A stretch of 51,506 nt of DNA from an uncultured Erysipelotrichaceae bacterium (GCA_900317295.1 ONGB01000004.1:15303-66808); one strand, 5' to 3'; shown: positions 9,362-18,745, counted from the stretch's first letter. Program-made: numbers and translations. Notes: generated by a model from the letters alone, not told the origin.

Positions 9362-10246
9362 ATGGAAAAGGCCCAAGTTTATTTCATCAAAGACATCACC
9401 CCGGAGAACCTCATCCGCATCTACGAAGCCCTCGGCATCGAACTGAAGGGCAAGGTCGCCGTGAAGATCTCCACCGGCGAGCTCGGCGGGCACAATTACC
9501 TCAAACCCGAACTGATCGGCGCCCTCGTGAAGAAGCTCAACGGCACGATCGTCGAGAACTGCACCGCCTATGGCGGATCCCGTCAGGACCCCAAGAAGCA
9601 TTGGGAGACCATCGAGGCCCACGGCTTCAAGAAAGTCGCCCCCGTCGACCTGCTCGACGAGTTCGGCGAATTCGATATCCCCGTCATCGGCGGCTTCCAT
9701 CTTGATCATGACACGATCGGCGAGCATACGAAGAACTATGATTCGATGCTGTTGCTCAACCACTTCAAGGGCCACATGATGGGCGGCTTTGGCGGAGCGC
9801 TTAAGAACATGTCGATCGGCGTCGCTTCCACCGCGGGGAAACTCAATATCCACGCCGCCGGGGCGGAGAACCAAGAGCAAGAACACGTCTGGTCGCACCT
9901 TCCCGCGCAGGATGATTTCCTCGAATCGATGGCGGATGCTTGCAAAGGCGTGATGGATTACTTCGGCAGACGCAACCTCGCCTATGTCTCCGTCGCCAAT
10001 AACCTCTCTGTCGACTGCGATTGCGACTCTAATCCCGCCGACCCGGAGATGGGCGACCTCGGGATCTTCGCTTCCCTTGACCCCGTCGCGCTTGACCAAG
10101 CCTGCTATGACGCGGTCAAAAACGCCAAAGACCCCGGCAAGAAAGCCCTTATCGAGCGCATGGATTCCCGCCACGGTATCCACACCGTCGAGGCGGCCGC
10201 GGAACTCGGCTTAGGGATCCGCGAATACGAACTGATCACCCTATAA
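9362..10246 (+). CDS. DUF362 family Fe-S protein
   Basis: VAVKISTGE, HFKGH-MGGFGGALKNMSIG, DCDC, ASLDPVALDQAC; AGGAGG Shine-Dalgarno before ATG 9362. Confidence 0.88.
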   Translation: MEKAQVYFIKDITPENLIRIYEALGIELKGKVAVKISTGELGGHNYLKPELIGALVKKLNGTIVENCTAYGGSRQDPKKHWETIEAHGFKKVAPVDLLDEFGEFDIPVIGGFHLDHDTIGEHTKNYDSMLLLNHFKGHMMGGFGGALKNMSIGVASTAGKLNIHAAGAENQEQEHVWSHLPAQDDFLESMADACKGVMDYFGRRNLAYVSVANNLSVDCDCDSNPADPEMGDLGIFASLDPVALDQACYDAVKNAKDPGKKALIERMDSRHGIHTVEAAAELGLGIREYELITL

Positions 10247-10253
10247 AGGCAAG

Positions 10254-10291
10254 AAAAAAGATGGATGTCCCCCGCGGATTCCATCTTTTTC
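10254..10291. terminator. Bidirectional intrinsic terminator
   Basis: AAAAAGATGGA...TCCATCTTTTT hairpin between convergent genes. Confidence 0.75.
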
Positions 10292-10292
10292 T

Positions 10293-11051
10293 TTATCTAG
10301 GCCCGCATTTTAAGAAAGCGGTGCCGGTCTTTTTCATCCCTTCGTGGACCTCTTCCCAATCTAGGGGAGTGAACACGCTATGGCAGAAGGGGACGATGAC
10401 GTAGTTCTCGCGACTTACCATCTCTTCCATCCGCTCCACCAGGGCGAGGATCTCTTTCTTCTTGGGATAGGGGCTAGGGTGATTGGCGACATAAGAAGCG
10501 AGCTCATCATATTGTTCTAGGATCTTATGGTCCTCTTCTTCAATTGCTTCCGCCCCGCGGTCATAGCCATGTTTCCTGGCGATTGGGCAAAGCAGGGTTT
10601 CCTTGATTTGGTAATGCTTCCCTAGGCGATTTAAGAAGGCGAAGGCTTGCTTGACGCGTTGGATCGAGCGTTCGTTTTCCTCTTTTGCCATATCCTCGGA
10701 GATCGCCATCGTCGCGGAGAGGATGCTTTCATTCCCCTCCTTCATCGCCCATAGGGCGGGGATTGGTTCGCAGCAGCCTTCTTCGCAGCAGCAGCACGTG
10801 CCTTCGCAGCATTCGTCCTCTTCTTCCTGCACCTTCTCCGTCATCATCGCGATGTGGAGTCCGCAGAGGCGATGGAGGTCGCTTTTGGGGGTGCCCTCCT
10901 CCTTCAGCCTCTTCTCGATTTGGAGGAACTCCTCCGGGGGGATGGGGCGGAAGTCGGCGTTGAAGTCTTTGGCGACCGAGGAAAAATACTCGCCGGCTTT
11001 GAGCCTCGCGATGTAATTCCTTAGTTTTTGAAGCAGGGCTTCTTGATCCAT
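10293..11051 (-). CDS. DUF438 plus hemerythrin-like domain protein with Cys-rich linker
   Basis: N-terminal ...IEKRLKEEG...RLCGLH (DUF438-like); HY..KE..L.P, EEDH, M..REN (hemerythrin-like). Confidence 0.7.
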   Translation of the reverse strand: MDQEALLQKLRNYIARLKAGEYFSSVAKDFNADFRPIPPEEFLQIEKRLKEEGTPKSDLHRLCGLHIAMMTEKVQEEEDECCEGTCCCCEEGCCEPIPALWAMKEGNESILSATMAISEDMAKEENERSIQRVKQAFAFLNRLGKHYQIKETLLCPIARKHGYDRGAEAIEEEDHKILEQYDELASYVANHPSPYPKKKEILALVERMEEMVSRENYVIVPFCHSVFTPLDWEEVHEGMKKTGTAFLKCGPR

Positions 11052-11138
11052 GCCCCTAGTTTATCCCCCTTCTTCGCCTAGGGGAAACGATATGCTTTCG
11101 CTTAACATTCCCTATGGAAATGACTAACATAAGCGTCT

Positions 11139-12659
11139 ATGCCAAGAAAGAAAGTCATCATCGTCGGCGCTGGGATTTCCGGACTCACCGCGGGCATCTA
11201 CTGCCTCGATCAGGGCTTCGACGTAGAAATATATGAAAAGAATCCCGTCCCCGGCGGCGAATGCGTCGGCTGGACGAGGAAGGGCACCTATATCGAAGGC
11301 TGCGCCCATTGGATCATCGGCACTTCCCCCAAAAGCGACCTCTACCCCCTGTGGAATCATATCGGCATCTTCGATGGGGACCCGAAGCTATTCCAAACCC
11401 GTTACATCTCCAAATTCGAGCTCAAAAACGGGGACACCCTGACCCTTTATTCCGATCTGCATAAACTCGAAGCCGAGTTCCTCCGCGTCGCCCCCGAGGA
11501 TAAGAAGGCGATCCGCCGCCTCATCAAGGGCATCCGCGCCTATATGCATACCCGCATCCCCGTCGATCGGCCAATCGACAAGATGAATCTCTTCCAGCTC
11601 ATCAAGTTTGGGGTGACGATGCTGCCGATGTTCATGGAATATAGCCGCGCGAGGAAGGAATCGATGGAGCATTTCGCCGCCCGTTTCCAAAACGAGAACA
11701 TCCGCGAGATCCTCACCCGTTTCCTCGAGCCGGAATATAACGTCCATTCCTGCTTCTACGTCTTTCAAGAGCTCGCCAAAGGCAATTCCTGCGTCATCGA
11801 AGGCGGCTCCTCGGCGATGATGGACCGCATTGCGAAGCGCTTCACTTCCCAAGGGGGCATCCTCCATCTGGCTTCGCCCGTCAAAGAGATCCTGATTGAG
11901 AACGACAAAGCCGTCGGCATCAAGACGGAAAAGGGCGAGGAAATCCGCTCGGATTACGTCATTACCGCCTGCGACATGCATTACGCGCTCCGTCACTTAC
12001 TAGGCGCCCAATATGTCGATAAGGAATGGGAGAAGCAATATGCGAATCGCGAGGCTTTCCCCGTCAATACCTCGGTGCTTCTTTCCTATCGCGCCAAAGG
12101 CGACTTCCACGATTTCCCCTACCAGATCGATTTCCCCACCGAGGAATTCTCCCTCTTCGGGAAGAAGACCAACCACTTCCCCTTGCGCAACTTCGCCTTC
12201 GATCCCTCTCTCCCCACCCCCGAGGGCACGACTTTATTCACCGCGCTGATCCCGGCGAATCAGGAGGTTTATGAGAGCCTGAAGCAAATGGACCGCAAGG
12301 AATACGTCGCGAAGAAGAAAGAACTCGGCGAATTCTTCATCCCCCTGATCGCGGAGAAACTCCATATCGCCCCGGAGGACGTCGAATTATTGGATGTGGC
12401 GACCCCGTTAACCTACGAAAGATATAACCACTGCTACAAAGGCTCTTACATGGCCTTCCTCTCCACCGCGAAGGGCTGGGGCCTAATGCGTCCAGGATTG
12501 GTGAAGGGATTAAAGAACTTCGTCATGGCCGGCCAATGGATCATGATCCCCGGCGGGCTCCCCGTCGCCCTAATGGCGGGGAAGCACGCCGCCATCCGCA
12601 TTTGCAACATGGAAAAGGTCAAATTCCAAAACAAAGAAGAAACCAAGCGGGAAAAATAA
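11139..12659 (+). CDS. Phytoene-desaturase-like FAD-dependent oxidoreductase
   Basis: IVGAGISGL, EKNPVPGG, W.RKG...EGCAHW, DVATPLTYERY, AGQW..PGGLP. Confidence 0.88.
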   Translation: MPRKKVIIVGAGISGLTAGIYCLDQGFDVEIYEKNPVPGGECVGWTRKGTYIEGCAHWIIGTSPKSDLYPLWNHIGIFDGDPKLFQTRYISKFELKNGDTLTLYSDLHKLEAEFLRVAPEDKKAIRRLIKGIRAYMHTRIPVDRPIDKMNLFQLIKFGVTMLPMFMEYSRARKESMEHFAARFQNENIREILTRFLEPEYNVHSCFYVFQELAKGNSCVIEGGSSAMMDRIAKRFTSQGGILHLASPVKEILIENDKAVGIKTEKGEEIRSDYVITACDMHYALRHLLGAQYVDKEWEKQYANREAFPVNTSVLLSYRAKGDFHDFPYQIDFPTEEFSLFGKKTNHFPLRNFAFDPSLPTPEGTTLFTALIPANQEVYESLKQMDRKEYVAKKKELGEFFIPLIAEKLHIAPEDVELLDVATPLTYERYNHCYKGSYMAFLSTAKGWGLMRPGLVKGLKNFVMAGQWIMIPGGLPVALMAGKHAAIRICNMEKVKFQNKEETKREK

Positions 12660-12696
12660 TCTTTCTTATTTTTCGCGCGCATTTAAGATAAATGGG

Positions 12697-13209
12697 ATGA
12701 AAGCTTCCCGCTCCCGCATCAATGACACCTACCAAGCCATGCGCGAACATGGCTATGAAATCATCCTCGATGAGCGGTTTTTGATTTTGAAAAGCTTCGT
12801 CCAGCACCGCACCAGCAATACCTACGATCATTGCCTTAACGTCACCCGCATCGCCTTGAACATGGCGAAAAAGTTCCGCATCAAGGTCGATATCCGTTCC
12901 CTTGTCCGCGGCTGCCTTCTCCACGATTATTATGGCTATGCCTGGCGCGATACCAAGCCTAGGTGGCATGGCCACCGCCACCCGCGCCTCGCCGCGGAAA
13001 ACGCCAAAAGGGATTTTGGCATCAACGCCTTAGAGGAAAACATGATCCTCGGTCATATGTGGCCAATCAATTTCTTCCGTTTCTTTAAAAGCAGGGAGGC
13101 CTTCATCCTCACCCTTGCGGATAAGATGGCGACCCTCGAGGAAGTGTTCGCCCCACGCGGCGAATATGAGGGCTATCGCCTCAAACTAAGAAGGGCCGAG
13201 CTCCTTTAA
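12697..13209 (+). CDS. HD-domain phosphohydrolase
   Basis: QH...TYDHC, LLHDYY, HGHRHP, HMWP, LADK. Confidence 0.88.
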   Translation: MKASRSRINDTYQAMREHGYEIILDERFLILKSFVQHRTSNTYDHCLNVTRIALNMAKKFRIKVDIRSLVRGCLLHDYYGYAWRDTKPRWHGHRHPRLAAENAKRDFGINALEENMILGHMWPINFFRFFKSREAFILTLADKMATLEEVFAPRGEYEGYRLKLRRAELL

Positions 13210-13239
13210 TCCGCCTGCGATTTCATAGGGTTTTCAAGA

Positions 13240-13265
13240 AAAAGGTTGGGGATTCCCAGCCTTTT
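13240..13265. terminator. Bidirectional intrinsic terminator
   Basis: AAAAGGTTGGG-GATT-CCCAGCCTTTT between convergent genes. Confidence 0.7.
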
Positions 13266-13283
13266 GTTTTGTGTTGGAGAAGC

Positions 13284-13907
13284 TTATTCGGCTTCCTTCT
13301 TCGCGGGCTTGTTCTCGCCGTGGAAGTAGACCAAGTAAGTGATGGCCATCAAGGGGATGAAGGCGAAATAGTTGCCGATCGCGGCGAAGTAGCTCATCCA
13401 AGGCGCTTCAATCTGGCCATAGGCGATCATCATTAAGACGCCGCAGGTCAGGGCGAGCGGGATCACCACAAGCGCGGCGATCTGGATGATGTTCTGAATC
13501 CCACGGAGCTTATCGGAGAAGAGGGAAATGATATAGAGGACGAAGATCGAAGCGACCGTCACTTGGAGGACCAAATAGAAGATGGCGAACGCGATGAAGA
13601 TCCCCTCGCCTCCGAACAAGGCAAAGGTCTCCGGGAAGCCGCGGAAATGGCCATAGGCGAAGCTGATCAGCATGATGACGAGCAAGACTTTGAGCACATC
13701 GAACTTCTTCGTGAGGTAGACGAGGGCGAACAAGACAATCAAGGCGACATCGATGATCAACTTGAGCACCCCGGTGGTGATTTCCGCGGCGTTGATGCGG
13801 CCGAAGTAGCCGATGATGGAGAAGATATCCCCAAGGAAATAGACCCCGAGCAGGATCGCCGAGATCAGGATGAAGTTTTTCTTAAGAAACGAAACAATGC
13901 TCTCCAT
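13284..13907 (-). CDS. Multi-pass membrane protein
   Basis: About six TM segments; AAGGA Shine-Dalgarno. Confidence 0.75.
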   Translation of the reverse strand: MESIVSFLKKNFILISAILLGVYFLGDIFSIIGYFGRINAAEITTGVLKLIIDVALIVLFALVYLTKKFDVLKVLLVIMLISFAYGHFRGFPETFALFGGEGIFIAFAIFYLVLQVTVASIFVLYIISLFSDKLRGIQNIIQIAALVVIPLALTCGVLMMIAYGQIEAPWMSYFAAIGNYFAFIPLMAITYLVYFHGENKPAKKEAE

Positions 13908-13939
13908 AATGGATTCCTTTTATATGAATATAAAGATGG

Positions 13940-13964
13940 AGGCCGCCCCGCGAGGAGGCGGCCT
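13940..13964 (-). terminator. Terminator-like hairpin after the lipoprotein gene
   Basis: AGGCCGCC...GGCGGCCT stem about 12 nt after the stop. Confidence 0.55.
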
Positions 13965-13975
13965 TTATGTTTGGA

Positions 13976-16222
13976 TTAGGCTTCCCAGACGAAGTCGATG
14001 CTATCGAGATAGACGGCTCCATCAAGGCTGATGAAACCGACATAGGCGTACTTCTCGGTGAAGGTGAAGGTCTTGGTCAATTCGCTGGCATCGAAGACGA
14101 TTTCGGTTAGCGGTTCCATCTCGCCGCTATACATATCCGTGATTTCAAACGCGGTATTGGAGGCGAAGATCTTGATGGCGCGTTTCTGGCTAGAACCACC
14201 CGTTGCGGTATTGAAGGAAACGGTGAGGGATTTGATGGTGCGGCCATCAACACCGGCCCCGACCATGCCCGACGCGCCATCTTTCATGCGGAATTGGATT
14301 GCGCCATCTTTATTGCAGGCGCAATGGGCAGAATAGTATGCGCCATCCGCGGCGAGATCGTACCCGGCGTAAGTTGTGGTGCCCTTGGTCAAACCAAGCG
14401 CTTGGCTATCGACGTGGTCGGTCACGGCGGAATCAACGATGAGAACATTAAGCTGAGCGGTGAGTTCGCCGACGTGGACCACCACTTTGCCTTGGACGCC
14501 GACTTCGGTTTCCGGGGCAACGGTGATGCGGCCTAGCTCATTGACGGAGACGCCGGTAGCGGCATTAGCCGGGATCCATTCATAGGTCGGGGTCGCGGAG
14601 AGCGAGGCGCCGATCGGGCTCGGGGTGATTTCGATGTCGAAGGTCTTGCCCGGGCTTAGGCGGACGGACTCAGCGTTAAGGGTGATGCCGGTGAGGACAT
14701 CGGCCACGACGTGGACGGTGATGGTGTCGGTGAGGCCTTCGCTGGTGGTCGCGGTCACGACGATATCGGTGCCGGGTTCGGCGTTTTCGGCGATCGTGAG
14801 GCGGCCTTCCGGGGTGATCGAGGCGGCGGCGGTGTTCTCCTCGATGGAGAAGGCATAGGTGCTATCGCATTCTTCCGGGGCCAAAGTCGCGGTTCGGTTA
14901 TAGATGGAGCCGGCGACGATGTTGAGCTCTGCTCCGTCATCGATTTCGATCGAGGTGGCCGCGACGAAGCGGGACGGTTCGTAATAAATCTGGAAGTCAT
15001 TGCCGTTGGCATAGCCAGGCCACACTTCCAAATAGGCGGTCTTGTTGTCCTTGACGTAAACGGTGAGGCCATGGGACTCAAGATAGGTGTCATCGGCCTT
15101 GAAGCCGTTGGCGAGCAGGATGTCGATGACCCCTTGGGTGCGGTCTTCGAAGTAATTGTCGGTGATGCCCAAGTACGGATAACTATCGTCGGGGTTATTC
15201 TCGACCACATAGCCTTCGCCCATCTGGAAGAAGGGAAGCACTTCGCCGAGATATTCGGTCATCAAGGCTTTTTCCGACTCGGTCCAATCGGTGTTGGTGG
15301 TCAAGGTATCGGTATAGATATCAGAGAAATCGCAGGCGGCGACCGTGGTATTTTCTTGATCGTCTAAAGAGACGTAGATGACCAATTGATGGTCCGCGTC
15401 AAAGCCTTGGTATCCGGCGAGGACGTCGACATATTCCCAGGTGTCCCAATCGATATCTTGGGTCCAGACTTCCTCCATCGCGAAGCCTTGGGCGGTAAGC
15501 GCGGCGGCGTAATCGGAAGCTTTATCGCCTTCGACGACGATGTTGAAGGACTTCGGGTTATAGTAACCATCCTCGTCCGTATAAGCCTCGGAAGTGGCAT
15601 AAAGATAGGTGTCCGCCTCGAGGTCGGTGATGGCTTTATCGGTGCCGAGGAAGGCGTCCAGCTGAGCCTGAGGGAAGGCATCGGTCTTCTCAAAGCCCTT
15701 ATAGGTGTAATCGACATACCAGCTGGTATCGACATCGCTGACGTCCAAATCGCCGGCTTCCCCGTCATAGCGGCTGAGGTCGAAATAGAAACCCTCGACG
15801 GAGTCAAAGAAAGTGATGACGAAGGTGGGGTCATCGGCGTTATCGGCGTAAAGGTAGCCATATTCTTCGACGGGGTACCAGGTGTCGTCATTGATGCTGA
15901 CCCAAGCGGTTTCGCCGATGAGCTCGAGATATTCCGTTTCGTGGTCTTCCGAGGCGATGCCTTCGATGAAATACATCTTACTGGAATAGGAATAGAAGAT
16001 GTCCCAATCCAATTCGTATTCGTCCAAAGAGGGGACGGTGAGCTCGCTTTCGCCGAGGAATTGGGCGATGGCCTCATCGATGGTGAGGGTCACCACCGGG
16101 GTGGAGGAAGAATCGGAAGAGGTACCTTCCGGGGTGGTTTTCCCGCCTTTTCCGCCGCCGCAGCCCGCTAACAAAGCGGCCGCGCAGGCGAGGGAGAGGA
16201 CTTTCCACATATGTTTTTTCAT
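13976..16222 (-). CDS. Large acidic surface lipoprotein with Ig-like (Big_2-type) domains
   Basis: Lipobox LLAGC, Ser/Thr linker, Asp/Tyr-rich N-half, two Ig-like segments (ATSIEID...ATLAP; LTGITLN...SPIGA). Confidence 0.8.
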   Translation of the reverse strand: MKKHMWKVLSLACAAALLAGCGGGKGGKTTPEGTSSDSSSTPVVTLTIDEAIAQFLGESELTVPSLDEYELDWDIFYSYSSKMYFIEGIASEDHETEYLELIGETAWVSINDDTWYPVEEYGYLYADNADDPTFVITFFDSVEGFYFDLSRYDGEAGDLDVSDVDTSWYVDYTYKGFEKTDAFPQAQLDAFLGTDKAITDLEADTYLYATSEAYTDEDGYYNPKSFNIVVEGDKASDYAAALTAQGFAMEEVWTQDIDWDTWEYVDVLAGYQGFDADHQLVIYVSLDDQENTTVAACDFSDIYTDTLTTNTDWTESEKALMTEYLGEVLPFFQMGEGYVVENNPDDSYPYLGITDNYFEDRTQGVIDILLANGFKADDTYLESHGLTVYVKDNKTAYLEVWPGYANGNDFQIYYEPSRFVAATSIEIDDGAELNIVAGSIYNRTATLAPEECDSTYAFSIEENTAAASITPEGRLTIAENAEPGTDIVVTATTSEGLTDTITVHVVADVLTGITLNAESVRLSPGKTFDIEITPSPIGASLSATPTYEWIPANAATGVSVNELGRITVAPETEVGVQGKVVVHVGELTAQLNVLIVDSAVTDHVDSQALGLTKGTTTYAGYDLAADGAYYSAHCACNKDGAIQFRMKDGASGMVGAGVDGRTIKSLTVSFNTATGGSSQKRAIKIFASNTAFEITDMYSGEMEPLTEIVFDASELTKTFTFTEKYAYVGFISLDGAVYLDSIDFVWEA

Positions 16223-16364
16223 AGATAAATCTCCTTTATCGCTTTTTCAATTTTATAAATTGACCGAGCAAAGGGGAAGAAAAAACATAAGCCCAATAGT
16301 CTTTTCCTTGATGCTAATCATCGTTGGCTTCACATCGTTGGTTTTTATTGGGCTCCAAAATATC

Positions 16365-17093
16365 TTATTTTTGCCAATCGGCCGGCTTTTTGATTGTCTC
16401 GAGTTTTTCCATTGTGTGATGAGTGTAAGAATACTTGGCCACTTCCATTCCTTCTAAGCTCTCGTATTTCCCGCTCGATTCGTTTTTGAATGAAACCGAG
16501 TCAGCGACAATGCCCAACAAATAATCGCTTTTCGACGAACTATACAAGCACGATAGCACTAGGGCATTCCTGAAAAATTTTCCATTTTTTGAAAGGAAAT
16601 CGATGTTCGTATGCAATCCCGTTTTCTTTAATAAGAAATAGAGCATCATCGCGGATGTTCGGGTATTTCCTTCTCTAAAGGGGTGAATATGCCAAAACTC
16701 GGAAACGAAATAACACACTTTCTTCAATTGTTCTTTCGGATCCAAGAGAGACCAATCGACTCCTTGGAATTCTATTTGAAGCTTCCTTAACGCTTCTTTC
16801 AAATACGACGCGAAAACATAATCGACGGATTTTCCATCTAGAAGAGGCTCTGCCTTAAAAATGTCAATCGTTCGTAATTGGCCCGCCCATTCATAAAGCC
16901 TTTCGAAAAGCCTCTTATGGATTTTCAGGGCGTCATATATCGTATCTATCTGAAAATCGCTGGTTCTAAGGTTTTCAACGGCCAATGAAGCGAAATCGCT
17001 TTCAGCCAGATCTAACTTTGAGCCATCGTGAATTCCCAATTTGTTGATCAACACGTTCGTCCCTTGATAAACATATGGGTCTTTCATGGTCAC
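16365..17093 (-). CDS. Fic-domain protein (FicT/VbhT-like)
   Basis: DPYVYQGTNVLINKLGI N-terminus, IHK.LF..LYEWAG..RT, Fic motif HPFREGNTRT. Confidence 0.92.
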   Translation of the reverse strand: MTMKDPYVYQGTNVLINKLGIHDGSKLDLAESDFASLAVENLRTSDFQIDTIYDALKIHKRLFERLYEWAGQLRTIDIFKAEPLLDGKSVDYVFASYLKEALRKLQIEFQGVDWSLLDPKEQLKKVCYFVSEFWHIHPFREGNTRTSAMMLYFLLKKTGLHTNIDFLSKNGKFFRNALVLSCLYSSSKSDYLLGIVADSVSFKNESSGKYESLEGMEVAKYSYTHHTMEKLETIKKPADWQK

Positions 17094-17407
17094 TTATATA
17101 ACCTTTCGATTGCAAATTGGGCGGTTTCGTAATCGATATATCCGCGATGATAGAGGCGGAAAATGTTTTTTGCTGCTTCGGAAGGAGGAACCCCGTCTAC
17201 GGTGACGATGTTGGTGGCAAAGGCTAAATCCTGATCTTCCTTGGGAGGAAGGGACAATTCGAAAGGCAACCCATTATGGTTCACTGAAGCAGTCAGAAAA
17301 AGCATAATCGCTTGGCTGGTCGTCAAACCAATGGATTCAAATACCGCATCGGCTTTTCTTTTAATTTCGGGGGTTACCCGGGTGTGCACGGTTTCCGTCT
17401 TAGGCAT
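17090..17407 (-). CDS. RelB/DinJ-type antitoxin with VbhA/FicA-like C-terminal extension
   Basis: RVTPEIKRKADAVFESIGLTTSQAI..FL...GLPFEL (RelB/DinJ); then ATNIVTVDGVPPS...Y..G.IDYE; GTGA overlap with the fic gene. Confidence 0.8.
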   Translation of the reverse strand: MPKTETVHTRVTPEIKRKADAVFESIGLTTSQAIMLFLTASVNHNGLPFELSLPPKEDQDLAFATNIVTVDGVPPSEAAKNIFRLYHRGYIDYETAQFAIERLYK

Positions 17408-17508
17408 AAGCGATCCTCCACAGGAATTGTATCACTTTTGCGACACATTCTAAAGACTCTATCTCAGTTGATTCCCTTTTTAGAAACAGGATGTTTAAGA
17501 AAAGAAAA

Positions 17509-17585
17509 TGGCGCGCCCTGAGGGACTCGAACCCGCAACCTACAGCTTCGAAGGCTGTTGCTCTATCCAGTTGCGCTAAGGGCGC
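17509..17585 (-). tRNA. tRNA-Arg (anticodon UCG)
   Basis: GCGCCCT/AGGGCGC acceptor stem, ACAGC-CTTCGAA-GCTGT anticodon arm, GGTTCGAGTCC T-arm, encoded CCA; 77 nt. Confidence 0.96.
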
Positions 17586-17633
17586 GCGCTTCGATATTAT
17601 ACGCATTGAGTATCATCCTTAGGGGCAACGAAT

Positions 17634-18047
17634 ATGGAAAAACTATTGCAAATCGCCTATGAATCCGCGAACCGGAACGAAGTCGAGGAAGTGAAGAAGG
17701 TCCTCTTGAAAGAGGGTTTCGCTTTCGTCGAGGCGAATCAGGAAGTCGATCCCTCCCATGTGGTCTTGGTCTTCTTGACGCCGAAAAGCACCGTCGATTC
17801 CCTGATGAAGGAAATCCCGTGGCTCGCGAATCAATATGAAGAATCTTCCTATCGTTACCTTCGGGCGATGCCCTTCATCCCCTACCATCCCAAAGACGAG
17901 GATATCGATGAGCTTTTCAACGCGGGGCTAGGGGAGGTTTATGAAACCGTCTTCTCTGGGGAATTCAAACCTTATGGATGGGATCTAGACGATCCTAATA
18001 CGATCAAAGAATTCCTCCGCGTCCTAGAAGAAGGATACGAAGAATAA
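17634..18047 (+). CDS. Hypothetical protein, possibly a degenerate TIR/flavodoxin-like fold
   Basis: Open frame with its own terminator; IAYES...VVLVFLTPKS...EIPW...PFIPY spacing is reminiscent of TIR. Confidence 0.55.
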   Translation: MEKLLQIAYESANRNEVEEVKKVLLKEGFAFVEANQEVDPSHVVLVFLTPKSTVDSLMKEIPWLANQYEESSYRYLRAMPFIPYHPKDEDIDELFNAGLGEVYETVFSGEFKPYGWDLDDPNTIKEFLRVLEEGYEE

Positions 18048-18064
18048 AAAAGAGGGCATTGCCC

Positions 18065-18286
18065 TCATCGATTCATGTCCCTTTCGTGGAGTGCTTTTTC
18101 ATAATCCACGGGGGGCAGGCATCCACGAAGGGAAAGAAAGCGATCAAAGGAATCTTCCCGTTTGTTTGGGTTGGTAAGCATCGTCAGGATTTTCCCGTTC
18201 CTTGTGACGAGGATGTCTTCGGAAAGGGAAAGTTTCAGATATTTGCTTAAGTTCTTTCGGAATTCGGTCGCCGTGATGATCCGCAT
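18065..18286 (-). CDS. Phd/YefM-family antitoxin (orphan)
   Basis: IITATEFRKNLSKYL...EDILVTRNGK signature. Confidence 0.88.
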   Translation of the reverse strand: MRIITATEFRKNLSKYLKLSLSEDILVTRNGKILTMLTNPNKREDSFDRFLSLRGCLPPVDYEKALHERDMNR

Positions 18287-18359
18287 AGTAATTGCCTTAA
18301 TACGCCCATCATAGTGCGCCCCCGCGTTTTTTCAATGCCAGGAAGGCATTTAGGCATAG

Positions 18360-18398
18360 AAAAAGGCGGGAATTCGTATACACGTCCCGCCTATTTTT
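18360..18398 (-). terminator. Intrinsic terminator after hypA
   Basis: AGGCGGGA...TCCCGCCT stem flanked by A and T tracts. Confidence 0.7.
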
Positions 18399-18742
18399 TA
18401 TTTTCCGTGGATTTCGGAGATCTCGAACTCGTAACCGGTGATGAAGTCGTAATCCTCGCTTCCGCATCCCGGGCATTTGCCGTGGTTATCGGAGATGATG
18501 AACTCCTTCTCGCAATCGTGGCATCTCCCCGTCGCTTTGACGAAGTCGATCTTCAGTTCGCAATTCTTCAAGGCCGGCTCATCCTCGATGGCGGCGGGCC
18601 AGCATTCATGGAAGAAACGCGGAACGATCGCGGTCGCTTCCCCGACGGAGAGGGTGACCGAGGAGATCTCGCTCAGCCCATTCTCCGCGATGAAGTCTTT
18701 CAGCGTGTCGACGAGTTGGACGGCATAGCCGAGCTCATGCAT
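18398..18742 (-). CDS. hypA: Nickel metallochaperone HypA/HybF
   Basis: MHE N-terminus, VGE, two CxxC (CHDC, CPGC), G.EF.I..I. Confidence 0.93.
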   Translation of the reverse strand: MHELGYAVQLVDTLKDFIAENGLSEISSVTLSVGEATAIVPRFFHECWPAAIEDEPALKNCELKIDFVKATGRCHDCEKEFIISDNHGKCPGCGSEDYDFITGYEFEISEIHGK

Positions 18743-18745
18743 GGC

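Noticed and set aside
16223-17585. Integrative element at tRNA-Arg
   Set aside because: No duplicated tRNA 3' end seen at the far side of the Fic islet and no integrase; only an AT-rich islet can be claimed
17400-17606. 68-aa ORF spanning the tRNA
   Set aside because: It is a translation of the tRNA-Arg sequence
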